Shown: positions 55,830 to 64,000 of the stretch, piece by piece
How the letters are laid out: every line of letters starts with the position of its first letter
How positions within the stretch are numbered: the stretch's first letter is position 1
Virus record (IMG/VR): IMGVR_UViG_3300031857_015178
Length of the DNA stretch: 64,000 nt
DNA from: an uncultured virus (IMG/VR IMGVR_UViG_3300031857_015178)
Taxonomy: Duplodnaviria > Heunggongvirae > Uroviricota > Caudoviricetes
Reading direction: 5' to 3' (one strand)
Notes under the pieces: generated by a model
Databases searched by the model: none
Told to the model about the DNA's origin: nothing
What the model saw: only the letters and a program-made list of their open reading frames with translations
Position numbers and translations under genes: made by a program

Positions 55830-55897
55830 GACGATACTGAATCGTTACAGTGACCCAAAAAGTGTGACTTCAAAACCTCCTTCTGGAGGTTTTGTTG
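55794..55897 (+). ncRNA. candidate small RNA transcription unit
   Basis: TTGACA-18-(TG)TATAAT promoter, 5' hairpin, terminator CAAAACCTCC/GGAGGTTTTG; no ORF. Confidence 0.4.
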
Positions 55898-55938
55898 TAT
55901 GATAAATAATCCATAACGGAACTATAAGCATTAATAAG

Positions 55939-58900
55939 ATGGGTCTTTCACGTCTCGATAATTTTCTGAAATCAGTACGCGGAACGATTATATATGTTGA
56001 TCCAAATAGTATTGACTCAACCGATAGTATTGAAAATCAAGGAAATAGTTTAACTAGACCATTTAAAACTCTTCAACGTGCCTTAATTGAAGTATCGAGA
56101 TTTTCATATCAGGCAGGTTTGGATAATGATAGGTTTGGTAAGACAACTATTCTTCTATATCCAGGAGATCACCTAGTAGATAATAGACCTGGATGGATAC
56201 CAAGTGGCAGTAATAATTATATTCTTCGTAATGGATCCACATCTAATGATTTTCCACCTTTAGATTTGAATTCCAATTTTGATTTAACTTCACCTGAAAA
56301 TCAACTCTACAAAATGAACTCAGTTCATGGTGGAGTTATTGTTCCTAGAGGAACTTCGATTGTTGGTCTTGATTTAAGAAAGACTAGAATTCGTCCTTTA
56401 TATGTTCCAGACCCAGAAAATGCAAATATTGATAGATCTGCTATTTTTAGAGTAACTGGTGCATGTTACCTTTGGCAGTTTACTGTTTTGGATGCAGATC
56501 CAAATGCATTTTCATATAAGGATTATACTACCAATAGTTTCTTACCTAATTTCTCTCACCATAAACTTACAGTATTTGAATATGCTGATGGTGTAAATCC
56601 GGTTAAAATTGATGACGCATTTTTAACTCATTATACGGATAGAACTGATCTTCAAATGTATTATGAGAAGGTTGGTCTTGCTTACGGTCAATCTTCTGGA
56701 CGTGACGTTCAACCAGATTACCCATCAACATCAATTGATATTCAACCAAAAGTAGATGAATACCGTATTGTTGGTTCTCGCGGTGTTGATGTTGGAATTT
56801 CTAGCATTCGTGCTGGAGATGGTGTAATCACAAGCACAACAATTACAGTAGATCTTCAAGAATCAATTCCTGGGTTGGAAGTAGATACTCCAATTAAAAT
56901 CTCTGGAGTTGACGCTGCAGGGTATAACGGACAATATGTTGTAAGTAAAGTTAATACTTCAACCCAAATTGAATATAAAGTTCAAAACTCACCGACAACT
57001 ATTCTTCCTGGTACTGGATCTGCATCATTGGGTATTGTTGTTGATACAGTTACTTCAGCTTCTCCATATATTCTTAATATTACGATTAGATCCGTTTTTG
57101 GAATGTGTAGTTTGCTTGCAGATGGAAGCAAAGCATCTGGATTTAAGAGTATGGTTGTTGCATTATTTACTGGAGTTGGATTACAAAAAGATAGTAAAGC
57201 TTTTGTAAAGTATAATCAAACTTTAGGAATATATGAGGATAATAGTGTCTCAGGAAATGAAAATATTTCTTCAGATAGTCTGGCAGTATTTAAACCAGAT
57301 TATGCAAACTATCATGTAAAATGTATAAATGATGCATATCTCCAATTAGTATCTGTTTTCTCAATTGGATATTACGAACAATTTGTATCGGAAAGTGGTG
57401 GAGATCAGTCTGTTAGTAACTCCAACTGTACTTTTGGAACAAAGGGACTTGTATCAAAAGGATTCAAGTCAAATGCATTTGCAAAAGATGATGTTGGTTA
57501 TATTACTCACATAATACCACCCAAAGTAATAGAATCCGAAGAAGTAAATGTTGACTATCTTGCCATTGATGTCAGCAAAACTGTAAGTGCTGCAAATACT
57601 GGTAGATTGTATCTTTACGGTCAGGCAAATCAATCCGCTTTGCCTGAAGGTGTGATTGAAGGTTATCGCGTAGGTGCAAGAGTAAATGGATTATTGAATG
57701 TTTCAATTGTAAGAAGTGGAATATCTACTGAATATTTCGCAAAGATTGTAATGCCTGGTGGGGCAAATAACTCATCTGAGAAAAAGTATCTTGTTGGTAA
57801 AGATTCTGTAGGAGTTAGTAGTATTGCATCAAACACTATTACTTTTACTACTCCACACGCATTTATAAATGGGGAGACAGTTAGGGTATTATCAAACAAC
57901 GGACATCTTCCAGATGGCATAGAGTCAAATCAGGTTTATTATGCAATTACTTCTGGAGTGGCATCTAATGCTATCAAACTAGCTAAAACTTTGAATGATA
58001 CTGTTAGTCTGACTCCTATCGAAATTAATAATAGAGGTGGAATTTTAAATATTATTAGTAGAGTTTCTGATAAGAAACCAGGAGACATAGGACATCCAAT
58101 TCAATATGATTCTTCAAATAGTAATTGGTATGTAAATGTATCTTCAGCATCAACTGAAAATACAATATATTCGGCAGTTGTTGGACTTGGAACAGTTGTA
58201 CTTGGTTCGGCAACGCCAAGAACTTATATCAAGAGAAAACAAGATACTAGAAATGTCTTTGATACTGTTTATAGAATTCGCTATGTAATACCAGCAGATT
58301 CTCCAGTAACCGCAAGTGCTCCTCTAGATGGATACGTCATTCAAGAATCAAATACTTCAATTGCACCAACAAGCACTGAAGTTGCATATCAATTCAATCC
58401 TTCTGGCGCAACACTTGCAAACTCTACACAATTAAGAAATCAAAAACTAATTGCAAATGCAACCTGGACTGCAGAAACTGCAAAAATTGTAACAGAACTT
58501 CCCCATAACTTAGAAGTAGGTTCCAAAGTTGAAATCTTAAATATAAAGAGTACAAATAACACCAGTGGAATTGCTAATACAGCATTTAATGGAACATTCG
58601 TTGTTGCTGGTATTAGTAGCACCAAGGAGTTTTCAGTAGCTCTAAAAAATAATCCTGGAACATTTGCAAATAATACATCATTAAGGAGTACATCTTCTCC
58701 ATATTTTAAGAAAAAAGAATTTAAGAATACTTACGTAGTTTACAAGAGTGAGGAAGTACAGAAGTATGTTGCTGGCGAAAGAGATGGAATTTACTATCTA
58801 TTGGTTGCCAATGCGTCAAATTCTCCAACACTAGCTCCATTTACTGGAGAGAGATATTTACAACCACTTAAAAACCTTTATCCTCAAAGTAATAGAGATA

Positions 58901-61800
58901 ATCCATTATCGGATCCTAAGGCATCCACTTCATTTGCTTTACCATCTCCATTGGGTCAAGTTGTTGTAGATGATCCTCAAAATAGTATCACTAAAGAAAC
59001 TTTACAGAAAAAATTAACAGATTTAAAAGTTGGAATCGCTATTACTGATATTGTTTCGTCTTCAGTAGGAACAGCACATACTTTATATACAAAAATAGAT
59101 CATGGTCTAAATCAAGTTACAAGCGTAAGTATTGTTGAGAGTGGTAATAACTATGGTTCTGGTAGTGGAAACGTTGAAACCTACTATAACTGTAAATTGG
59201 TTGGATATGGGGATTCTACATGTGGAAAAAATGCAACAGCAAGAGTTACAGTAAGTGCTGCTGGAACTATTTCTAATATTGCCATCATGGATGGTGGTAG
59301 TGCTTATGGTATTGGCAACACAATGACTGTTGTTGGTCTTGCAACCACTGCTGGATTCTCTCCTGCGCGATTAACTGTAAGCAAAATTAATAGCAATATT
59401 GGAGATACCTTAAATCTTTTTGGAATTATTGATAATACTTATGAAAACTATAATTCTTTGTATAGAATTGTAGGAATATCTACTGGAGCATCAAAGGAGA
59501 TAATCGTATCTTCAGCATCAACTATTAGTAATATATCTACAACTGGTGTTGGTGTAACAATTGCAGCAAATTCTAATGTGGTGTTGACAGGCAAGACACT
59601 TAACGTGGATTCAATATCATATAATCCAGTTACTGGTTTGGGAACCGTAACAACAACTTTGGCTCACGGATTAAATGTAAATAGTCCAATTGCTATTGGT
59701 GGAGCATCACAATCTTTCTATAACGGACAGTTTGTTGTCAAGCAAGTTGTAGGACTTTCTACTTTTGTTGCTAATTTTGGTATTAGTACTTCAGCACCAG
59801 CAACTTCTGGTACTATTTTTGCATATAGACCAGGATTTGCTGCAGGTGGTGGAAGTGTCAATAAAGACAATGAAAATCTTGGCGGTAGACTTGTAGTTCC
59901 TTATGCTGGCATTACAACTACTCTTTCTGCAGCAATTACAAGTGAAGTTGCTACAACTATCAGTATTTCTAATGTTACGGATTATAATTTCCAAATTGGA
60001 GATTATCTGCAGATTGATGATGAAATTATGAGAATTAGAAGCACAGTAACAGGTAATCCAATTACTGTGTTCCGTGGAGTTCTTGGTACAAATAAGAGCA
60101 CTCACGTTAATGGTTCTGTTGTAAGAAGAGTTAATCCTCAACCAATTGAATTTCGTAGAAACTCTTTAATTAGGGCTTCAGCACATACTTTTGAATATGT
60201 TGGATATGGTGCAGGTAATTACTCAACTGCTTTACCTGATAAGCAAAATAGAACTCTTAGTGCTAGTGAAGAATCTTTAGCACAAGCAACTAGAAAAGAT
60301 GGTGGTGTTGTTGTATTCTCTGCAATGAATGCCGATGGTACTTTTTATACTAACAATAAGAAAGTAAACCCAACAACAGGACAAGAAGAATATATCGATA
60401 GTCCAATACAGACAACTGTTGGTGAGGACTTTACTTCTGGAGTAAATGGTGGATTTAATGTATTAAGTCCTCTTGAGGTATCTGTTAAGCGTTCTATTCG
60501 TGTTGATGGTGGAGATGATAATACTATCATTTCTAAATTTGATGGTCCTGTTATCTTTAATAACAAAATTTCATCACTTTCTACAAAGGGAATTGAAGCC
60601 AATTCTTTACTCTTACAGGGAGACCAGAGTATACCTAGAAAATATACCGTAGGTATTTCCACTCCAACAGAATCTGCAAACCCAGGTGACGTAACGTATA
60701 ATGCACTTCCGGCAATAAATGATTATATTGGATGGGTTTATACTTCTAACAATAGATGGGAGAAGTTTGGATATATTGGAAGATTTGGTGTAGGTATTTC
60801 CTCTTCTGGTTCTTATGTTGGATTCTCAACCTTACTTAACTTAAGGTCTGGTATTGGAGCAACTATTACAACTCAGCATGATAGTATCAGTGGAATTACC
60901 ACATTAACCTTTGATGCGAGTCCTCTTCGTGTTGGTGTCTCTACAGGATTGGGTCTTACAAAAACTTTTGTTGGAGTTGCTACTGAACTTAACTTTGTTG
61001 GGTATGGTGTCAGTATTCGTGCAGTTCAAAATGCAGGAATTGCTAGCATAACATTTGATGCTACAGGTGGGGGAACTGGATTCCCAGGAGCACCAGTAAA
61101 TTCTATACAGTATAATGATGGTGGATTCTTTAGAGGGTCAAGTGCATTAAGTTTTGATGGAACTAATGTTTTCGTCGGAAACGCAATAGGAATTAATTCA
61201 TCAATACCATCTACAAAATTTGATATCTTCTCTACTTCTGGTGGAGCAGTTCGTATTAGATCCACAAGTCTTACTGGAAATATTCTAAGAATTGATGCTG
61301 GAAGTGTTGATGATCCAACACCTTTTGTTGTTGATTTCAGTGGAAATGTTGGTATACATACAACAACTCCAAATGGAGCTTTAGATGTTACTGGAAATAT
61401 TGTAGTTGCTGGTGGCAGTATTAGAATTTATGAGTCCGATAGAAGTAACTTCATTGGACTTCAAGTTCCCACATTAAATACAAACTATACATTAACGCTT
61501 CCTTCTACTGTTGGAACTGCAAGCAGTGTGTTGAGAACCATTGGTTCTGGAGTTCTTGATTGGATTGCACCAGCAGCAGTTGTTGCTGAAGTCTTAACTA
61601 GTACAGACTTCTTAAATGAGGGAGAAACAAATCTTTACTTTAATGAAGAGAGAGTTCAAGATGCCATTGGTGCAGCAATCAATACTGGAATTCAGACGGG
61701 TATTAGCGTCACTTATGATGATACTAACAATAGAATAAACTTTGATAATAGTTTCTCACTATATCCATACACAACCAAAGGATTCAATATGCCTCTTTGA
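55939..61800 (+). CDS. large virion structural / tail-fibre protein
   Basis: MGLSRLDNFL N-terminus, G/S/T-rich beta repeats, NVGI.TT.P motif. Confidence 0.8.
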   Translation: MGLSRLDNFLKSVRGTIIYVDPNSIDSTDSIENQGNSLTRPFKTLQRALIEVSRFSYQAGLDNDRFGKTTILLYPGDHLVDNRPGWIPSGSNNYILRNGSTSNDFPPLDLNSNFDLTSPENQLYKMNSVHGGVIVPRGTSIVGLDLRKTRIRPLYVPDPENANIDRSAIFRVTGACYLWQFTVLDADPNAFSYKDYTTNSFLPNFSHHKLTVFEYADGVNPVKIDDAFLTHYTDRTDLQMYYEKVGLAYGQSSGRDVQPDYPSTSIDIQPKVDEYRIVGSRGVDVGISSIRAGDGVITSTTITVDLQESIPGLEVDTPIKISGVDAAGYNGQYVVSKVNTSTQIEYKVQNSPTTILPGTGSASLGIVVDTVTSASPYILNITIRSVFGMCSLLADGSKASGFKSMVVALFTGVGLQKDSKAFVKYNQTLGIYEDNSVSGNENISSDSLAVFKPDYANYHVKCINDAYLQLVSVFSIGYYEQFVSESGGDQSVSNSNCTFGTKGLVSKGFKSNAFAKDDVGYITHIIPPKVIESEEVNVDYLAIDVSKTVSAANTGRLYLYGQANQSALPEGVIEGYRVGARVNGLLNVSIVRSGISTEYFAKIVMPGGANNSSEKKYLVGKDSVGVSSIASNTITFTTPHAFINGETVRVLSNNGHLPDGIESNQVYYAITSGVASNAIKLAKTLNDTVSLTPIEINNRGGILNIISRVSDKKPGDIGHPIQYDSSNSNWYVNVSSASTENTIYSAVVGLGTVVLGSATPRTYIKRKQDTRNVFDTVYRIRYVIPADSPVTASAPLDGYVIQESNTSIAPTSTEVAYQFNPSGATLANSTQLRNQKLIANATWTAETAKIVTELPHNLEVGSKVEILNIKSTNNTSGIANTAFNGTFVVAGISSTKEFSVALKNNPGTFANNTSLRSTSSPYFKKKEFKNTYVVYKSEEVQKYVAGERDGIYYLLVANASNSPTLAPFTGERYLQPLKNLYPQSNRDNPLSDPKASTSFALPSPLGQVVVDDPQNSITKETLQKKLTDLKVGIAITDIVSSSVGTAHTLYTKIDHGLNQVTSVSIVESGNNYGSGSGNVETYYNCKLVGYGDSTCGKNATARVTVSAAGTISNIAIMDGGSAYGIGNTMTVVGLATTAGFSPARLTVSKINSNIGDTLNLFGIIDNTYENYNSLYRIVGISTGASKEIIVSSASTISNISTTGVGVTIAANSNVVLTGKTLNVDSISYNPVTGLGTVTTTLAHGLNVNSPIAIGGASQSFYNGQFVVKQVVGLSTFVANFGISTSAPATSGTIFAYRPGFAAGGGSVNKDNENLGGRLVVPYAGITTTLSAAITSEVATTISISNVTDYNFQIGDYLQIDDEIMRIRSTVTGNPITVFRGVLGTNKSTHVNGSVVRRVNPQPIEFRRNSLIRASAHTFEYVGYGAGNYSTALPDKQNRTLSASEESLAQATRKDGGVVVFSAMNADGTFYTNNKKVNPTTGQEEYIDSPIQTTVGEDFTSGVNGGFNVLSPLEVSVKRSIRVDGGDDNTIISKFDGPVIFNNKISSLSTKGIEANSLLLQGDQSIPRKYTVGISTPTESANPGDVTYNALPAINDYIGWVYTSNNRWEKFGYIGRFGVGISSSGSYVGFSTLLNLRSGIGATITTQHDSISGITTLTFDASPLRVGVSTGLGLTKTFVGVATELNFVGYGVSIRAVQNAGIASITFDATGGGTGFPGAPVNSIQYNDGGFFRGSSALSFDGTNVFVGNAIGINSSIPSTKFDIFSTSGGAVRIRSTSLTGNILRIDAGSVDDPTPFVVDFSGNVGIHTTTPNGALDVTGNIVVAGGSIRIYESDRSNFIGLQVPTLNTNYTLTLPSTVGTASSVLRTIGSGVLDWIAPAAVVAEVLTSTDFLNEGETNLYFNEERVQDAIGAAINTGIQTGISVTYDDTNNRINFDNSFSLYPYTTKGFNMPL

Positions 61801-61803
61801 TGC

Positions 61804-62133
61804 TTACCCCAACTCTGGAATTATTACTATATTATACGCAGACACACCAGTTGCAGAAAATGTCTGAGTTGGGGCAAGCATTATTTCTGTGGGTAGTGCA
61901 GCAGCAGTTCCCGTCGATGCTGTAGTGAGTGAATTGTTTGCTGAAGTTGAACTTGCGCTTGTATAAGCAAGATTTCTTCCAATAGCAGATAATCCAGTGC
62001 TGCTTATTGAAATTCCAGCCCAACTCATAGCAATATTGGTTCCTGCCATATAGTTGATAATTACTCTCACATTTTGACCTGTGTTATTTGTATAACCAAC
62101 GTTGCTTGCGCCACTTAATACTTGGGATGCCAT
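61804..62133 (-). CDS. small structural/hypothetical protein
   Basis: ORF with CTAAATA late-like motif upstream; YTN.TGQNVRV, PTE..L. Confidence 0.6.
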   Translation of the reverse strand: MASQVLSGASNVGYTNNTGQNVRVIINYMAGTNIAMSWAGISISSTGLSAIGRNLAYTSASSTSANNSLTTASTGTAAALPTEIMLAPTQTFSATGVSAYNIVIIPELG

Positions 62134-62202
62134 ATTTCCAAAAATACTTTTTATTATTTAGTTTTTATAAATAACTAAAATAGTGCAAGGGGAGAGTGAA
62201 CC

Positions 62203-64000
62203 TTGGGAATAAACAAGAACTTTGTAGTAAAACACGGTTTAGAGGTTAATACAAATCTTGTCCTTGCTAATGCGGATACGGGTAGAGTTGGACTGGGAAC
62301 AACAAATCCAATATCCGAGTTAGACTTATTTTCTGCTAATGAAGCAAAACTTTCTGTAAGAAGTCCTGAAGGACAATCACTTGTAGATATTGATTCGGGA
62401 ATTACATCAACATCTCAGTTAAGATTCAAACAGAATGGGGTTTTGAAGGGAGATATTTCCTTTAACTCTCAAACTTTAGATGTTTTAGAAATAAATTCAT
62501 CTACTGATAAGAGTGTTGTTCTTGCAACCGGTGGGGGTAAGGTTGGAATAGCAACCACAAATCCAACTTCGGAATTGACAGTTTCTGGAGATGTTTTTGT
62601 ATCTAATGATGTTCTTGTAAATGGAATTTCGACTTTCTCTGGTATAACAACTGTTACTGGAGAAACTCTATTTTCAAAACAATTAAATGTTTCTGGAGTT
62701 TCAACATTCAATGCTGATGTTGATCTTATTCAAGATTTAAACGTAAATGGAAATTTAACTTTAACTGGCATTGGAACTTTTGTTGGATTTTCAACTTTTA
62801 ATAACAACGTTTATGTTGCCGGAATATCAACATTTAATGGTCTCATTGATGCAAATGGTGGAGCAACAATCGATAATGTAAGAATCGGTATTGCGGATGA
62901 TAATGAAATTGACACTTCTTCTGGAAATCTAACACTTGATTCAAGTGCAGGTACGGTAATTGTTGACGACCAACTATCGGTAGTTGGAGTATCAACATTT
63001 TCAAATAGAGTTATATTTAACAGTACAAATTCTATCCAAATTCCTGTTGGGACAACAGCACAAAGAGACTCTGTTGGTGTAGCTGTAACGGGACAAATAC
63101 GATATAACACAGAATTCTCAACCTTTGAAGGTTATGGACCAGGTGGTTCTTGGGGTTCTCTTGGTGGCGTCAAGGATGTTGATGGTAACACCTATATTAT
63201 TCCAGAATCATCTCCTGGAGCAAATGAAAATATTCTATATTTTTATAATAATGGAGCGTTGTCTGCCACTATTTCGTCAACTTCAACAAACATTAATACA
63301 AACACAAATATCAGTGGTGTTGTCACTGCATCTACATTTTACGGTCAAGGCGGTGCATTGACTTTAGGAACACCTACAGACTCTAGTATCACTAGCAACG
63401 GAGCACTTAATACTTTTACTGGAAGCACAAAGTTAGTTGATAGTGTTGATGACTTAAATGAACTTGCATTTAATATCATAAGAAATACTGCAGTTACTAA
63501 TGTAGATTTCTCTTCAAGTTCACTAGCTGGTGGTTCTCCATTATCAATTACTCTATCAGTTACAAGTTCTGGAAATGCTAATCGTTATGATGTTGATTGG
63601 GGAGATGGTACATCAACCTCCAATTATACCTCTGCATCTATTCCACATACATATACTCAACCAGCAGGTGGATTATTCTCAATATCTCTAGTTGCTAAGA
63701 ATAATTCTGGAATTGGTGCAGGAAGTAGTTATTCTACAGCAAAGAGCAATTATATTACAGTTTACACCCCAAATCCAGTAGTTTCCTTCGATTTATATAG
63801 AACATCTACTGGAGGTTCTGTTCTTTCAGGTAATGACTTATATGTGGTTGAAGGTCAATCTTTATACCTAGATAATAACACTTCGAATACAAGTGGAGCA
63901 ACTGTTAATTATACGATGAACTGGGGAGATGGTTCATCAAATGATTCTATTGCAAATAATACTGCTTCTGGTGGTGCTGATGTTTCTGCCTCAAGACTAC
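62203..64000 (+). CDS. tail fibre protein, 3' truncated (TTG start; absent from the ORF track)
   Basis: MGINKNFVVKHGLEV, VG.GTTNP repeats, G.STF repeats, IRYN...FEGY, PKD-like WGDG motifs; TATAAATA at 62166. Confidence 0.8.
   Translation, partial: MGINKNFVVKHGLEVNTNLVLANADTGRVGLGTTNPISELDLFSANEAKLSVRSPEGQSLVDIDSGITSTSQLRFKQNGVLKGDISFNSQTLDVLEINSSTDKSVVLATGGGKVGIATTNPTSELTVSGDVFVSNDVLVNGISTFSGITTVTGETLFSKQLNVSGVSTFNADVDLIQDLNVNGNLTLTGIGTFVGFSTFNNNVYVAGISTFNGLIDANGGATIDNVRIGIADDNEIDTSSGNLTLDSSAGTVIVDDQLSVVGVSTFSNRVIFNSTNSIQIPVGTTAQRDSVGVAVTGQIRYNTEFSTFEGYGPGGSWGSLGGVKDVDGNTYIIPESSPGANENILYFYNNGALSATISSTSTNINTNTNISGVVTASTFYGQGGALTLGTPTDSSITSNGALNTFTGSTKLVDSVDDLNELAFNIIRNTAVTNVDFSSSSLAGGSPLSITLSVTSSGNANRYDVDWGDGTSTSNYTSASIPHTYTQPAGGLFSISLVAKNNSGIGAGSSYSTAKSNYITVYTPNPVVSFDLYRTSTGGSVLSGNDLYVVEGQSLYLDNNTSNTSGATVNYTMNWGDGSSNDSIANNTASGGADVSASRL

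Noticed and set aside
56969..63361. Short ORFs nested in the two large fibre genes
   Set aside because: Off-frame or antisense shadows of the long + strand CDSs.
1..64000. Alternative genetic code or stop-codon reassignment
   Set aside because: Core genes are intact in the standard code, all three stop codons are used, and no suppressor anticodon was found.

Overview
This is a 64 kb segment of a T4-like cyanophage (myovirus), most likely infecting Synechococcus/Cyanobium. In order it contains: (1) 1-5.1 kb, a tRNA-rich early region mixed with unexplained structured RNAs. These are a miniature tRNA-like element followed by four tandem hairpins with unrelated stems but a conserved ACCGCCAY-type loop, two other tRNA-like elements, and a manA/wcaG-like modular RNA whose UGGYS modules are separated by two small ORFs. 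(2) 5.2-17 kb, a 13-gene glycosylation island. (3) Photosynthesis and stress genes: porin, two hli, petF, a peroxiredoxin, psbA with a 212-nt group I intron followed by an F-CphI-like homing endonuclease, psbD and cp12. (4) Lysis genes. (5) An NtcA box plus tandem glutamine riboswitch ahead of a DUF4278 operon. (6) Core genes speD, thyX, phoH, gp33, gp59 and gp32. (7) Baseplate and tail genes, with a candidate gp26-gp51 -1 frameshift and enzyme-like inserts in tape-measure-like proteins, then large tail-fibre genes running off the end. All calls come from reading motifs by eye; no searches were run.
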